DNA of 64,000 bases from Thermodesulfobacteriota bacterium (GTDB lineage: Bacteria; Desulfobacterota; Desulfobacteria; Desulfobacterales; C00003060). Each line of letters starts with the position of its first letter. The stretch's first letter is position 1. The stretch covers positions 96,001 to 160,000 of the forward strand of contig JAXHVD010000003.1 of assembly GCA_034189385.1 (NCBI GenBank), in the 5' to 3' direction. Shown one piece after another: positions 9,560 through 19,791 of this stretch. A model generated the notes under the pieces. The model did not search any database. It was not told the DNA's origin and worked only from the letters and a program-made list of their open reading frames with translations. Both the position numbers and the translations under genes were made by a program.

Positions 9560-10546
9560 TTAACGAAAGACCTCCTTTACAGCCCGGAGGACCTGGTCGT
9601 GCAGCCCACCGTTCGTCACCACAATACCCCTATTGCTGGTCAGCCTTCTTCCCAAAGAAAAATCCAGGGGCTTTCCCTCCATGTCCGTCACCGTGCCCCC
9701 TGCCTCTTCCACAATGATGGAGCCGGCGGCATGATCCCAAACGGTTTCCATGTAAAATTGCCTAGTGGGAAGACGAAGGTAGATGGCGGCGTCTCCCCTG
9801 GCCACAATACCGTATTTACACTGGCTGTCCATACGCACAGGGGGCTTGGTGATTCCCAGGCGTTCTGCTATCTGGGCGCTTTCTTGGTGTGCGGAGTGGG
9901 CAGATTCAACGGATTCGCAGAACTGGACGTCAGCGGACCGATTGGCCTTAACCACTTCAATCTTTTGTTCCACAGGATCTTTAAACCGTCGCATGGCCGC
10001 GCCCTCTCCCCTAACCGCAACAAAGAGGCAGCCTTTTTCATCCTCTCTTTCACCGCCATGAAGGGGCAGGTTTGGACATCCCAGCACGCCGACAACGACC
10101 TCGCCGTCTTCGACCAGGGCCAGGGCCACCGCATATTGGCCACCCCTTAGGAAGCCCTTGGTCCCGTCTATGGGATCAAGGGCCCAGAACCGTCCCTTGG
10201 CTCCTCCCTTGCCGGCACCGCGATCTATGGCGGCTAACGCCTCAGTGTCAGACAGCTTGGGGATGATGCGTCGGACATGATCAGTCACCAGGTCTCTCAG
10301 CCCAGCATTCTCTTTCTCTCGCAGCATGCCGGAGGCCTCTTCAGCCATCAAAGGATCCTTTGGAAAGGAAAGGGCCAGATAGTGGCTAATTACTGCCTGG
10401 GCACCAAAATCGGCAATCGTCACAGGTGATCGGTCCTTCTTCTCCAACACCTTATGGGGATCAAAAGTAGCGCGCACGGCCTCGCAGAGCGTGCAGGCAC
10501 GAATAACCGATGCAATGGCGACCTTGCGTTCTAATTCGTAGGGCAT
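9560..10546 (-). CDS. 3'(2'),5'-bisphosphate nucleotidase, HAL2/SAL1-type (inositol monophosphatase family)
   Basis: SPVTIADFGAQA, EE, WALDPIDGTKGFLRGGQYAVAL, CPNLP, MDSQCKY, WDHAAG. Confidence 0.9.
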   Translation of the reverse strand: MPYELERKVAIASVIRACTLCEAVRATFDPHKVLEKKDRSPVTIADFGAQAVISHYLALSFPKDPLMAEEASGMLREKENAGLRDLVTDHVRRIIPKLSDTEALAAIDRGAGKGGAKGRFWALDPIDGTKGFLRGGQYAVALALVEDGEVVVGVLGCPNLPLHGGEREDEKGCLFVAVRGEGAAMRRFKDPVEQKIEVVKANRSADVQFCESVESAHSAHQESAQIAERLGITKPPVRMDSQCKYGIVARGDAAIYLRLPTRQFYMETVWDHAAGSIIVEEAGGTVTDMEGKPLDFSLGRRLTSNRGIVVTNGGLHDQVLRAVKEVFR

Positions 10547-10571
10547 GTAACCTCACTCCTTTTTTTGCCCA

Positions 10572-11375
10572 TTAGACCTTGGCGTGGGCCTCCACATAAG
10601 ATCGAACAGTGGAATAGACCCTTGACACCTTTTCACAGGCAGGCAGGGCATCTCGGATCATCTCCAAGTATCCTCTTTCGAGGATGATTTGAAATGTGCG
10701 AGGGAAGTTCACGTCATAGACCCAGGCCATTTGCAGGACCTTAAAGTCGTTTACCGTTCTAAGGGATTCGAGCCGCACAATCCGACCGGCCAGGAGATCT
10801 TCGCATACTTCGTCCGAAATTTCAGGCCTGTGGGGCAGACCAAGGTCTATGGCGCCGTTTTGCTCTTCCTCCTTTTGGCCATAATGCTCAGTGACCACCC
10901 GCCAGATGTCAACCTTGTCGGCATCCCGGAGCAGTTTGGTGAAAAAGAGACACTCCTCGGTCTCCCTTTTCGGAAGGCCCAAACGGTTATGATAGGAAAT
11001 AACCCTTAAGATCAGGTTACGGGTTGGCCGATCAACATCCTTTAACACGCTGTACTTGTGCAAGATCCTCATACCAAGCATGGCATGGTCTTCAGAATCC
11101 TTGTCCGAAAAGGTCCTGTAACGAGCATACTGTTCAAATCGACCCACATCATGAAAAAGGGCCATCACTTCTGCCAGGCAAAGGCTTTCAGCCCCGAGTG
11201 ACAGGCTCTTTCCGATGTCCAGGATTGCCGCGCAAACCCGCCTGGTGTGCTCGTCTTTGAGGTCTATGTTCCGTGTCTGTTCACGATCTCCAGCTCGAAA
11301 AGTCTGCACATATTCTGAAAACCATTTCCTCAATGCCACAATGTCCAACCCATCCATAATGAGCCTCGTACCCAT
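10572..11375 (-). CDS. HD-domain phosphohydrolase
   Basis: K.EHT.RV, HDVGRFEQY, DHA, HN, RDADKVDI. Confidence 0.85.
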   Translation of the reverse strand: MGTRLIMDGLDIVALRKWFSEYVQTFRAGDREQTRNIDLKDEHTRRVCAAILDIGKSLSLGAESLCLAEVMALFHDVGRFEQYARYRTFSDKDSEDHAMLGMRILHKYSVLKDVDRPTRNLILRVISYHNRLGLPKRETEECLFFTKLLRDADKVDIWRVVTEHYGQKEEEQNGAIDLGLPHRPEISDEVCEDLLAGRIVRLESLRTVNDFKVLQMAWVYDVNFPRTFQIILERGYLEMIRDALPACEKVSRVYSTVRSYVEAHAKV

Positions 11376-11524
11376 GTCCGCCTATTCCTATCTCCAGCCA
11401 ACCGTCCATTGCCAACGACATGGCACCTTACCCTATGGCGGAGCATCTGTTCAAATCTTTTCTAGGGCTGCGGACGGGAAAGCTATCTTTCAGCACTCTT
11501 TTGACGATAAAGGGTTCGCCCGTG

Positions 11525-11553
11525 TTGACAGCCAACTGCTATCCCGCTATTCT
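11525..11553 (+). promoter_or_regulatory. Sigma70-type promoter of nnr
   Basis: TTGACA-17 nt-TATTCT, followed by GGAGGTG RBS. Confidence 0.55.
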
Positions 11554-11584
11554 GCATTTATATAGACGTCTTGGGAGGTGAGGA

Positions 11585-13159
11585 ATGAAGGTAAGTAGGG
11601 TCTCAGAGATGAGAGAACTGGACCGGACCGCCATTGAAAAATACGGCATCATCGAAGAACTGCTGATGGAAAATGCCGGAGAGGCGCTCTATTTTGTCAT
11701 GCTCAAGGAATTCGGCATAAGGGGCAAGAAGTTTGTCGTCTTTTGCGGTATCGGCAACAACGGTGGCGACGGATTCGTCATTGCCAGGAAGATCCATTCC
11801 AGTGGCGGATCGGTCAAGGTCTTCATCCTGGGCGATCCTGCCAAATATAAAGGTGCGGCCAAACGGAACCTGGAGATCGTCTCCGGGCTGCCCATTGATG
11901 TGCAGGGCCTGGAGTCGGCAGAATCGATCAGACCAGAGGTTTTCCATTGCCAAGGGGTCGTGGACGCCATCTTTGGCACTGGTCTCACACGGGATGTAGG
12001 AGGACTTTACGCCGATGTGATTGAACTGATCAATCAAAGCAAGAAGACGGTCTTTAGCGCCGATATCCCCTCCGGTGTACATGGTGACACAGGCCAAGTG
12101 ATGGGTGTTTCCGTAAAGGCCCATTACACCGTGACTTTTGGACTGCCCAAGATAGGCAATCTGCTTTTCCCGGGATATGGGCTCGGCGGCAAGCTCTACG
12201 TGACGAACATATCCTTTCCTCCCTCCATGTACAACACAGACGCCATGAAAATCGAGACAAGCCTTCCGGCAAAGCCTCCCCCCCGGAATAGAAGCGGTCA
12301 TAAAGGAACATTTGGAGACGTCTTGTTCATTGCCGGCGCTTCCACCTATTTTGGGGCGCCCTATTTTGCGGCCCTCTCTTTTCTAAAGGCCGGCGGCGGG
12401 TACTCTCGCCTTGCCGCTCCGGCGTCTATGACCCCTTTCATCGCCAACAAGGCAAGTGAAATTGTTTTTGTGCCCCAGAAAGAAACAGCAACAGGAACGA
12501 TCTCCCTTGAGAACAAGGCCGCCTTGCTGGAACTGGCAGATAAAGTGGACATGGTGGTTCTAGGGCCTGGTTTGTCCTTAGAGGAAGAGACCCTAGAGCT
12601 GGTAAGGACGCTTGCAAAGGACATCAACAAGCCCTTGCTGGTAGACGGAGACGGCATTACAGCTTTGTGCAGAGATCTTAAGATTATAAAAGAAAGAAAG
12701 GCCGAGACCGTTCTCACCCCTCATCTAGGTGAGATGGCCAGGATCACGAACATGACGGTGCCCGACGTTGACCTTGGGAAAATAGATGTCCTGCAGCGTA
12801 CTGCCAGGGATTTGAACGCCATGATCGTCTTAAAGGGTGCCCACTCTCTCATAGGATCTCCTAATGAAAGGGTCTTCATCAACATGAGCGGGAACTCTGG
12901 GATGGCAACAGCAGGTTCAGGCGACGTCTTGACAGGGACCATTGCTGCCATGTTCGGCCTGGGGCTGCCCCTTGAGGATGCTGTAAGAAAGGCGGTGTTC
13001 CTCCACGGCCTTTCAGGGGATCTGGCAGCAGAAGACGAGGGCGAAGACGGCATCACGGCCCAGGACATTTTGCAATACTTGCCCCTTGCCGTGAAGATAG
13101 ACCGGGAGGGCCTGGATAAAAACCTCCAGGACCGCTATGTGGGGGCGCGCGTCATATAG
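11585..13159 (+). CDS. nnr: Bifunctional NAD(P)H-hydrate epimerase/dehydratase
   Basis: LMENAG, GNNGGDG, DAIFGTG, DIPSG (YjeF_N); HKGTFG, GPGL, TPHLGE, LKGA, GSGDVLTG (YjeF_C). Confidence 0.95.
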   Translation: MKVSRVSEMRELDRTAIEKYGIIEELLMENAGEALYFVMLKEFGIRGKKFVVFCGIGNNGGDGFVIARKIHSSGGSVKVFILGDPAKYKGAAKRNLEIVSGLPIDVQGLESAESIRPEVFHCQGVVDAIFGTGLTRDVGGLYADVIELINQSKKTVFSADIPSGVHGDTGQVMGVSVKAHYTVTFGLPKIGNLLFPGYGLGGKLYVTNISFPPSMYNTDAMKIETSLPAKPPPRNRSGHKGTFGDVLFIAGASTYFGAPYFAALSFLKAGGGYSRLAAPASMTPFIANKASEIVFVPQKETATGTISLENKAALLELADKVDMVVLGPGLSLEEETLELVRTLAKDINKPLLVDGDGITALCRDLKIIKERKAETVLTPHLGEMARITNMTVPDVDLGKIDVLQRTARDLNAMIVLKGAHSLIGSPNERVFINMSGNSGMATAGSGDVLTGTIAAMFGLGLPLEDAVRKAVFLHGLSGDLAAEDEGEDGITAQDILQYLPLAVKIDREGLDKNLQDRYVGARVI

Positions 13160-13292
13160 GTGTGGGCGGACCGGGGAATCCAGACAAGGAAATGGATGCC
13201 AGATCAAGCCCGGCATGATCCATCCTACGAGGGTACTTGCTGGAGACATCTGTCATGACAAAAAGCCGGACGCTACGGTGGGGATAACATCC

Positions 13293-14180
13293 ATGCCCGA
13301 GCCTACCTCTTCAATTCCTACCAAAGAGATCTTCAGGGCAGCCGAAAAACTGCCTCCTTTTCCGGGAGTCATCTGGAAAGTCATGTCCTTGCTGCGCAAC
13401 AAAGCGCCCGTGAAGGAAATTGAGGAGATCATCAAGGTCGATCAGGCCATTGCAGCCAAGGTACTGGCCATGAGTCGGTCTGCGTTTTATGCGAGGAAAT
13501 ATCCGACAACTTCTCTCAAGGACGCCATAGTCGCTCTGGGAGAGCAAGAGCTGACACGCCTTGTCATGGCAGCTTGTGCGGCCCGCTATTTTGAGACAGA
13601 GCTTTCGGGATACGAGCTAAGAGAAGGAGAGCTTTGGCAACATGCCGTGGCCACCGCCATGATCTCTGAAACGGTGGCAAGGGGCTTTGAAAAGAGAAGG
13701 GCCCTCACCGTGTACACGGCGGCATTGCTCCACGACATTGGCAAGGCGGTCCTGAGTCTCTACGTGAAAACGTACATGGATGCCATGGTGATCCTGATGA
13801 GCAGAAAGCGGGTCGGGATGCTCGAGGCCGAGCGCAAGATCTTTGGCGTGGATCACGAACAACTGGGAGAAATAATCGCCAAAGGCTGGCGATTTCCCGA
13901 AGAAGTGGTCGTTGGCATCGGCTATCATCATCGTCCCAAAGAGGCGACAGCACATCAGGACATCGCAGCCGCCGTCTATGTGGCCAACAGGGCTGCCACC
14001 GCTTTGGGCTATGGGTGCGGAATGGAAAGGCTTGTGGAGTCCTATGACCACGAGATCTACGGAACCCTTGGGATTACCTCCCAGTCAGTGGACCGGTTCT
14101 GTACGGAGATAGCTGGTGCCACAGGGGGGATGAAAGATCTCTTTAGGGACAAGGAGTCCATGGGCCCCTCGACTCCTTAA
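13293..14180 (+). CDS. HDOD-domain protein
   Basis: LPPFP, DQAIAAKVL, AIVALG, LWQHA, ALLHDIGK, DHEQLG, W.FP, YHH; start uncertain. Confidence 0.85.
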   Translation: MPEPTSSIPTKEIFRAAEKLPPFPGVIWKVMSLLRNKAPVKEIEEIIKVDQAIAAKVLAMSRSAFYARKYPTTSLKDAIVALGEQELTRLVMAACAARYFETELSGYELREGELWQHAVATAMISETVARGFEKRRALTVYTAALLHDIGKAVLSLYVKTYMDAMVILMSRKRVGMLEAERKIFGVDHEQLGEIIAKGWRFPEEVVVGIGYHHRPKEATAHQDIAAAVYVANRAATALGYGCGMERLVESYDHEIYGTLGITSQSVDRFCTEIAGATGGMKDLFRDKESMGPSTP

Positions 14181-14194
14181 ACCCTGTTCTCCAA

Positions 14195-15046
14195 CTAGAC
14201 GGGGGAAGAACCGTATTTGATCACCGTATCTCCCACCTCAACGCCAATGTCCTTGGCAATCACCGGGCACTTGGCCTTCAAGAGATAGAAGAGGGGACCT
14301 TTTTCTGTTGAAAGCGTCTCATAATTGCCCTGGCCCTTGCTGATAATCAGATCAGCTTCCCTGAAAAGATCCCGGAAGTGATCTGAACAGCCTTCAAGGA
14401 CGGTACCTGGTGCATCAGATCCTGAGGAGATCACCGTGGCCACTTCGCCCAAACCGCTCCTTGTGGCATCTTCTTCGGTGGCATCATTGATGATGGGCCT
14501 TTCTCTGGCGGCAAATGTCACAGGCCTGCCCATGGTTTCGATAAGGAGTTTGTCAAAGACCGTCTCTCCAGCATTGTCTCCCACGTAGAGGATGTTTCGG
14601 GCTGTTGCAAGCTTGTCTTTGAAAGCCTGGTAATGATTGATGGCAGGGTCCTGGTGGAGGACGGCCTGAACGTCTTTTTCCAGTTCAAAATCAGGATTGG
14701 CCCCAAAGTCTATGACGTTTCCCGCTATGGCGAGCCTAACAGCCGTCTCTAGAGGGTCCTTTGCCTTTCTCACTATCTCTTCCAGAGAAGGATAGAGGCC
14801 CAAGGCCTTGTCGATGTTTTCCTCTTTTAAGCTTTTAAAGGGATCATCCACGCCCGTAATCTCCCGCACCGCTCTGTATACTTCCCTGCCGGTCTCGGGC
14901 GGTGAACTCTCTAACGGAATCTTGGAGACGAGCATTCCTACCCTGTCAAGTACCGCCTTAATCTTCTCTTCATCGTCAACGGCCTTTCGTGCAGCAAAAA
15001 GGGCCTGCTTAAAAAAACAAGGGATGCAATCCAGATAAGTCTTCAT
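14195..15046 (-). CDS. DUF89 / ARMT1-like damage-control phosphatase
   Basis: MKTYLDCIPC, AGNVIDFG, DNAGE..FD, IINDAT, SKGQGNYETL, KAKC. Confidence 0.88.
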   Translation of the reverse strand: MKTYLDCIPCFFKQALFAARKAVDDEEKIKAVLDRVGMLVSKIPLESSPPETGREVYRAVREITGVDDPFKSLKEENIDKALGLYPSLEEIVRKAKDPLETAVRLAIAGNVIDFGANPDFELEKDVQAVLHQDPAINHYQAFKDKLATARNILYVGDNAGETVFDKLLIETMGRPVTFAARERPIINDATEEDATRSGLGEVATVISSGSDAPGTVLEGCSDHFRDLFREADLIISKGQGNYETLSTEKGPLFYLLKAKCPVIAKDIGVEVGDTVIKYGSSPV

Positions 15047-15121
15047 AGAGTCCTAATATCCTCTAACGGTCATCCTAAACTCTCAGACCCGGGCAAATCT
15101 ATGAGAAAAGCAGATCCGGGA

Positions 15122-16543
15122 CTACTTGCTCTTATAGAAAGCCCTGTAGGCCTTATAGGTCATGTAGATGTCCGCCTTGCTGGTTATCTCAAAGGGAGAG
15201 TGCATGGAAAGGATGGGTGTGCCGCAGTCCAAGACCTCCATGCCGTAGATAGCCAAAAACTTGGCAATGGTGCCGCCACCCCCCTCATCCACCCTGCCAA
15301 TCTCTCCGGTTTGCCAGACCACATTGTTTTCATTAAAGAGCCTTCGGATGTGGCCCAGATATTCTGCGTTGGCATCACTGGAACCGTACTTTCCCCCTGA
15401 TCCAGTGAACTTGGTAATGCATACCCCGTATCCGATCTTAGCTGCATTGCGCTTTTCATGGACCTCTTGATAGTCCGGATCCAAGGCAGCATTGGCATCT
15501 GCTGAAAGGGCCTTGGAGTTCATCAAGCACGTCCTGAGGGCTTTGCCACTGGCTTCCTGTCCTGTTGCCTCAAGAAGATCTCCTATAAAGTCTTCCAGAA
15601 ACCGCGATTTTGCCCCCGTGCTTCCGTCGCTGCCGATTTCTTCCTTGTCTGTAAAAAGGGCCACAGCCGTCACTTCAGGGGCCTTCACTTCCCCAATGGC
15701 CTCAAGGGAGGTGAAGGCACATACACGATCATCTTGGCCGTAAGCACCCACCAAGCCTCTGTCCCATCCCACGTCACGGGCCTTGCCAGCAGGCACGATT
15801 TCTATTTCCGCGCTCATGAGATCTTCTTCGATAAGCCCATACTGGGAAAAAAGGCGCTCCAGCACAGCCAGCTTAAACCGTTCCTTTGTGTCATCATCTC
15901 CAATAGGGAGGCTTCCCACCAAGACATTCAACTTTTCCCCTTCAAAGGCCTCGGACACTTTCTTGTCAGCCTGAATCTTTCGGGAAAGATGGGGAAGAAG
16001 ATCAGCGATGGTGAACACAGGATCCTCTTCAGACTCCCCTACGCGCAAGTCGATGGCACTCCCGTCTTTTTTCAGAATAGTCCCGTGAACAGCCAAGGGC
16101 CTTGCAAGCCACTGGTATTTCTTAATACCCCCATAGTAGTGGGTCTTTAAAAGGGCAATATCTACCTCTTCATAAAGGGGGTTTTGTTTCAGATCAAGGC
16201 GAGGAGAATCAATGTGGGAGGCTATCATGTGAACACCTGATAAAAGGGGCCTCTTGCCCAGCACCGCCAGGGCAATACTCTTGTTCTTATTGATCTTGAA
16301 GAATCTCTTCTTCCCTTCCCCCTTTTCGATATCCTGGAAGCCTTTCTCCTTGGCAAAGGCCTCTATAGTACGAACACCCTCTCGCTCTGTCTTGACACTG
16401 TCAAGAAAAGATTTGTACCTTTCAGCAAAAGGAAAGACTTTCTTCTGCCCTCTGGCGCCAACTGAATCCCATACCAATTGGGGTTTTCGGACAAGTCGTT
16501 TTCTAAGCTCCTCCAACTGCTTTTTGCTCACCTTGCTTTTCAT
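15122..16543 (-). CDS. M18-family aminopeptidase
   Basis: KTERE, HIDSPRLDLK, YYGGIKKYQW, GQDDR, EEIGS, SMHSP. Confidence 0.92.
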   Translation of the reverse strand: MKSKVSKKQLEELRKRLVRKPQLVWDSVGARGQKKVFPFAERYKSFLDSVKTEREGVRTIEAFAKEKGFQDIEKGEGKKRFFKINKNKSIALAVLGKRPLLSGVHMIASHIDSPRLDLKQNPLYEEVDIALLKTHYYGGIKKYQWLARPLAVHGTILKKDGSAIDLRVGESEEDPVFTIADLLPHLSRKIQADKKVSEAFEGEKLNVLVGSLPIGDDDTKERFKLAVLERLFSQYGLIEEDLMSAEIEIVPAGKARDVGWDRGLVGAYGQDDRVCAFTSLEAIGEVKAPEVTAVALFTDKEEIGSDGSTGAKSRFLEDFIGDLLEATGQEASGKALRTCLMNSKALSADANAALDPDYQEVHEKRNAAKIGYGVCITKFTGSGGKYGSSDANAEYLGHIRRLFNENNVVWQTGEIGRVDEGGGGTIAKFLAIYGMEVLDCGTPILSMHSPFEITSKADIYMTYKAYRAFYKSK

Positions 16544-17617
16544 CTATTCTTCTGACTCCTTTTCTGAGTAATCGCCCAGGTGCTCTTGGATAACGCTGGC
16601 CACCCTTGTCACTCCCTCTTCGTAAAGCTTTCTCTCCCTCAAGCTCGCCGCCCTCATGTAAAGATCCCTGGCCCTATTCAGGCTTTCCATGTCCCCCACA
16701 CCTTCATGGGCCACACCCAGATTGTAGTATGCTGCGGCACTATCGGGATCGTCACGGATCACCTGTTCCCACGCCTCAATAGCCTCCCGCCATCTGCCCC
16801 TTTTGGCCAAGGCCACCCCCCGTTTCACCATACTGTTCTTCCCTTTGTCCAATTTCACTAAGCTCATAAGCCTCATGCGGGAGATCTCTGTCACGATGGT
16901 ATCTGCGATCCTTTCTGAGAGTTGCTCTGAGGTATGGCTCGAGGTCGGCAGGTCGCTCAACTTTCGACCGAAATCCCTATGTTGCTCCTCACCTCCAAAC
17001 TTCTCCTCATAAGCCTCCTGCAACTCTCTGTGAACAATGCCCCCTCTGGCCTCAAGATCAAAGACCTTGTAATGCCCAGAGAAAGAGGCCTTGCGGATAA
17101 CAAAAGGGACGTCCTTAATCATCGTGCGTTTGATTTCCTCATCAACCCACTGACCATAAGCGTCTTTTGCCTTCTTGTAGTAACCTGTTCCCTCCTTCAC
17201 CTGAAGGTGATCAAACCCATGGATATCATGGATCTTAGCAGTCACATGGCCTGTTATCACTGCATCGGCTTTCAGGTTTTCAACCGCTTGCAGGAACTCA
17301 ACCTCCTCCAGTGTGTTGCTGGGGAGCTTATCGCCGGCATAAACCTGAACGGCATCCGTCGGGCTGAAATGTTGGATCTCAGAGAGTCTGTTGTAGATAT
17401 GGCTGCGGACCATATCGCCGTAATGCCCGTCAAAGCCCCTAACAGCCAAGTTATGGATACTCTCCCAGCGAACCTTCCCGGGCTTGATAAGACGGACCCT
17501 CCCCCTTGGAGCGCAGGCTAAACAAGTCACGACGAGAATGAGAGAGAAGCCTATCCAAAGCCTGGCTGCCTTGTTCAGCTTGTCCTTGGCTTTTTGCTCT
17601 TCTCGCATAGCAAACAC
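16544..17617 (-). CDS. Probable lipoprotein with C-terminal TPR
   Basis: Hydrophobic signal with LAC lipobox-like motif; TPR-like GVALAKRGRWREA..AAYYNLGVAHE. Confidence 0.7.
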   Translation of the reverse strand: MFAMREEQKAKDKLNKAARLWIGFSLILVVTCLACAPRGRVRLIKPGKVRWESIHNLAVRGFDGHYGDMVRSHIYNRLSEIQHFSPTDAVQVYAGDKLPSNTLEEVEFLQAVENLKADAVITGHVTAKIHDIHGFDHLQVKEGTGYYKKAKDAYGQWVDEEIKRTMIKDVPFVIRKASFSGHYKVFDLEARGGIVHRELQEAYEEKFGGEEQHRDFGRKLSDLPTSSHTSEQLSERIADTIVTEISRMRLMSLVKLDKGKNSMVKRGVALAKRGRWREAIEAWEQVIRDDPDSAAAYYNLGVAHEGVGDMESLNRARDLYMRAASLRERKLYEEGVTRVASVIQEHLGDYSEKESEE

Positions 17618-17686
17618 AGTTCCCTTGGCTCACAGCGCGGTAGCGAAGCCCGTTACCGGGCCCATGAGAATAATCCTGAGGCAAGA

Positions 17687-18235
17687 TTACTTCAGGGATT
17701 TCTCCTCAAGGTAATACCTCTTATTGTTAAGAAACAGAGCATACCGCCCTCCTCCAGGTTCCTCCTGAACGTGCTCTGCAAGCTGGTAGTACCCAGGCCG
17801 GGAAAAGCGGGCCGGAAACCGTCCTCCGCGGATTTTGCAATATAGGACGTGAGAGGCTCCAATGTAAAGCGTCTCAGGGTCCAGCTCCTCTTTGGTGTCG
17901 TCTGTAAGGTGAAGGATGAAACGGTCTCTCTTTTCATTCCCTTTAGCTGCAGCATACTCAGTCCGGACAATCACAAACGGCGTGTCTTCAACGTCCAGCC
18001 GGCAGACCTGATCCTTGAACTTGATGATGTAACGCCCTTGCGCGTCAAGAAATAAGGATTGGTAGAAAAGGAGAAGAAGTTCACGATGAATGATAGGCGC
18101 CCCCTTATGAAACCAGGTTCCTTCCTTATCCACATAGATCATACATGGTGGAGGCCCTTCTTGATCGTTGGCATTTATCATTCGTCGCAACTTCCTAAAT
18201 CCGCCAGTCTCCATCGAAAAGAAGGAACTCTTCAC
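17687..18235 (-). CDS. DUF1285-like protein
   Basis: VDKEGTWFHKG..I.H, VEDTPFV, LYC, ARFSRPGYYQL. Confidence 0.7.
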   Translation of the reverse strand: MKSSFFSMETGGFRKLRRMINANDQEGPPPCMIYVDKEGTWFHKGAPIIHRELLLLFYQSLFLDAQGRYIIKFKDQVCRLDVEDTPFVIVRTEYAAAKGNEKRDRFILHLTDDTKEELDPETLYIGASHVLYCKIRGGRFPARFSRPGYYQLAEHVQEEPGGGRYALFLNNKRYYLEEKSLK

Positions 18236-18244
18236 GCCCTCCTG

Positions 18245-18685
18245 TTACCTGCTCTCGAGAATCAGCGTGACGGGTCCGTCATTGGTCAAGGAAACATCCA
18301 TCTTTGCCTGAAACCGACCTGTAGCCACGGCAATTCCTTTCAGCCTCAATTGATTCACGAAGTACTCGTAAAGCTCCTCTGCCCTCTCCGGGGGGGCTGC
18401 CTCTACAAATGACGGCCGACGGCCCTTCCGGCAGTTGCCCAGGAGTGTAAATTGAGAGACAACCATTATCTCACCGCCGGTCTCCATGAGGGAACGGTTC
18501 ATCTTGCGTTCTTCATCTTCGAAGATACGAAGGTGGACGACCTTGTCTGAGAGAAAATCCGCGTCTTTCTCCTCATCAGAACGCGAAATCCCAAGGAGCA
18601 CCAAAAGGCCAGGACCGATCTTACCGATAACGCCGTCTCCCACCTGAACTTTAGAGGCACTCACCCGCTGAATCACGGCCCTCAT
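18245..18685 (-). CDS. dtd: D-aminoacyl-tRNA deacylase
   Basis: [32 protein letters not shown]. Confidence 0.96.
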   Translation of the reverse strand: MRAVIQRVSASKVQVGDGVIGKIGPGLLVLLGISRSDEEKDADFLSDKVVHLRIFEDEERKMNRSLMETGGEIMVVSQFTLLGNCRKGRRPSFVEAAPPERAEELYEYFVNQLRLKGIAVATGRFQAKMDVSLTNDGPVTLILESR

Positions 18686-19108
18686 GGACCCTTCCTTTCA
18701 CTGAACAGGCCCTTTATCGGCCTGTCTGACGGAGACTCTGGACACATGAAACCGCCTATTTTTCTGAAACCCACTCTCTTTCACCCCCAGAAACAGAAAT
18801 CCTGAGACGGGGGCTTGCATTTCCCCCTTCTTGCCCACCAGCAAATGTTGCCTCATGCCTATCTTACCCGTAAAAACCCCGTGCCCTGCCCTAGGTCCTC
18901 GGAACATGCCATGGCACACTTTCTATCCACCTATCATTCATTAGTCAACAGGCTCTTCTCGATCCACCGGGGGCGGTTTTCTTTTTTCAGGAATCATGTT
19001 ATTCACACCTGGCAGCTCTGTCTTCTGGACCCCAGGGTTCACGGCCCCATAAGAAGTGGTTTCCACAGACAACCCCTTGGTCCTTTTCCCACGTCATGAG
19101 AATGGTCA

Positions 19109-19786
19109 TTGAAAACCGATAAGATTGTCATAGCAAAGGATCTGTCACGCCGCTTCCTTTTGGGCGGCCAGCCTGTGAAGGCCATTGACAAGGTGAGCCT
19201 GGAGGTGGGGGCCGGGGAGTTTCTGGTACTGAAAGGAAAGAGCGGTTCCGGCAAAAGCACGCTTCTTTCCCTCATAGGGGGGCTGGATCGCCCCAGCGCC
19301 GGCACCTTGGAGGTGTCAGGCATTGATCTGTCGGGGCTGGGCCCCACCCAATTGGCCCGATTCAGAAGAGAACACATGGGGTTCGTCTTCCAAACATTCA
19401 ACCTGCTGCCCACCCTGTCCGTGCTGGAGAATGTGGCCCTCCCAGCCCTCCTTGCCGATACCCATCCAGAAAATGCCTTTGAAAAGGCATGGCAGCTCCT
19501 CCGATTGGCCGAGCTGGAGGAAAGGGCCTCTCACAAACCCTCTGAGATTTCAGGCGGGGAAATGCAGCGTACGGCCATTGCCAGGGCCCTCATCAACGAT
19601 CCCACCTTGATTATTGCCGATGAGCCTACAGGGAACCTGGACAGCAAGACCGGAGGCCGAATCCTGGGTTTCATCAAAGACCTGAACCGATCTATGGGAC
19701 GCACTGTGGTTATGGCCACGCACAGCTCCGATGCAGACGCCATGGCCCACAGGATCCTCCGTCTTCAAGACGGACGGTTTACGTAG
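19109..19786 (+). CDS. ABC transporter ATP-binding protein (LolD/AttE-like)
   Basis: GKSGSGKS, GFVFQ, SGGEMQR, ADEPTGNLD, ATH. Confidence 0.93.
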   Translation: MKTDKIVIAKDLSRRFLLGGQPVKAIDKVSLEVGAGEFLVLKGKSGSGKSTLLSLIGGLDRPSAGTLEVSGIDLSGLGPTQLARFRREHMGFVFQTFNLLPTLSVLENVALPALLADTHPENAFEKAWQLLRLAELEERASHKPSEISGGEMQRTAIARALINDPTLIIADEPTGNLDSKTGGRILGFIKDLNRSMGRTVVMATHSSDADAMAHRILRLQDGRFT

Positions 19787-19791
19787 ACATT

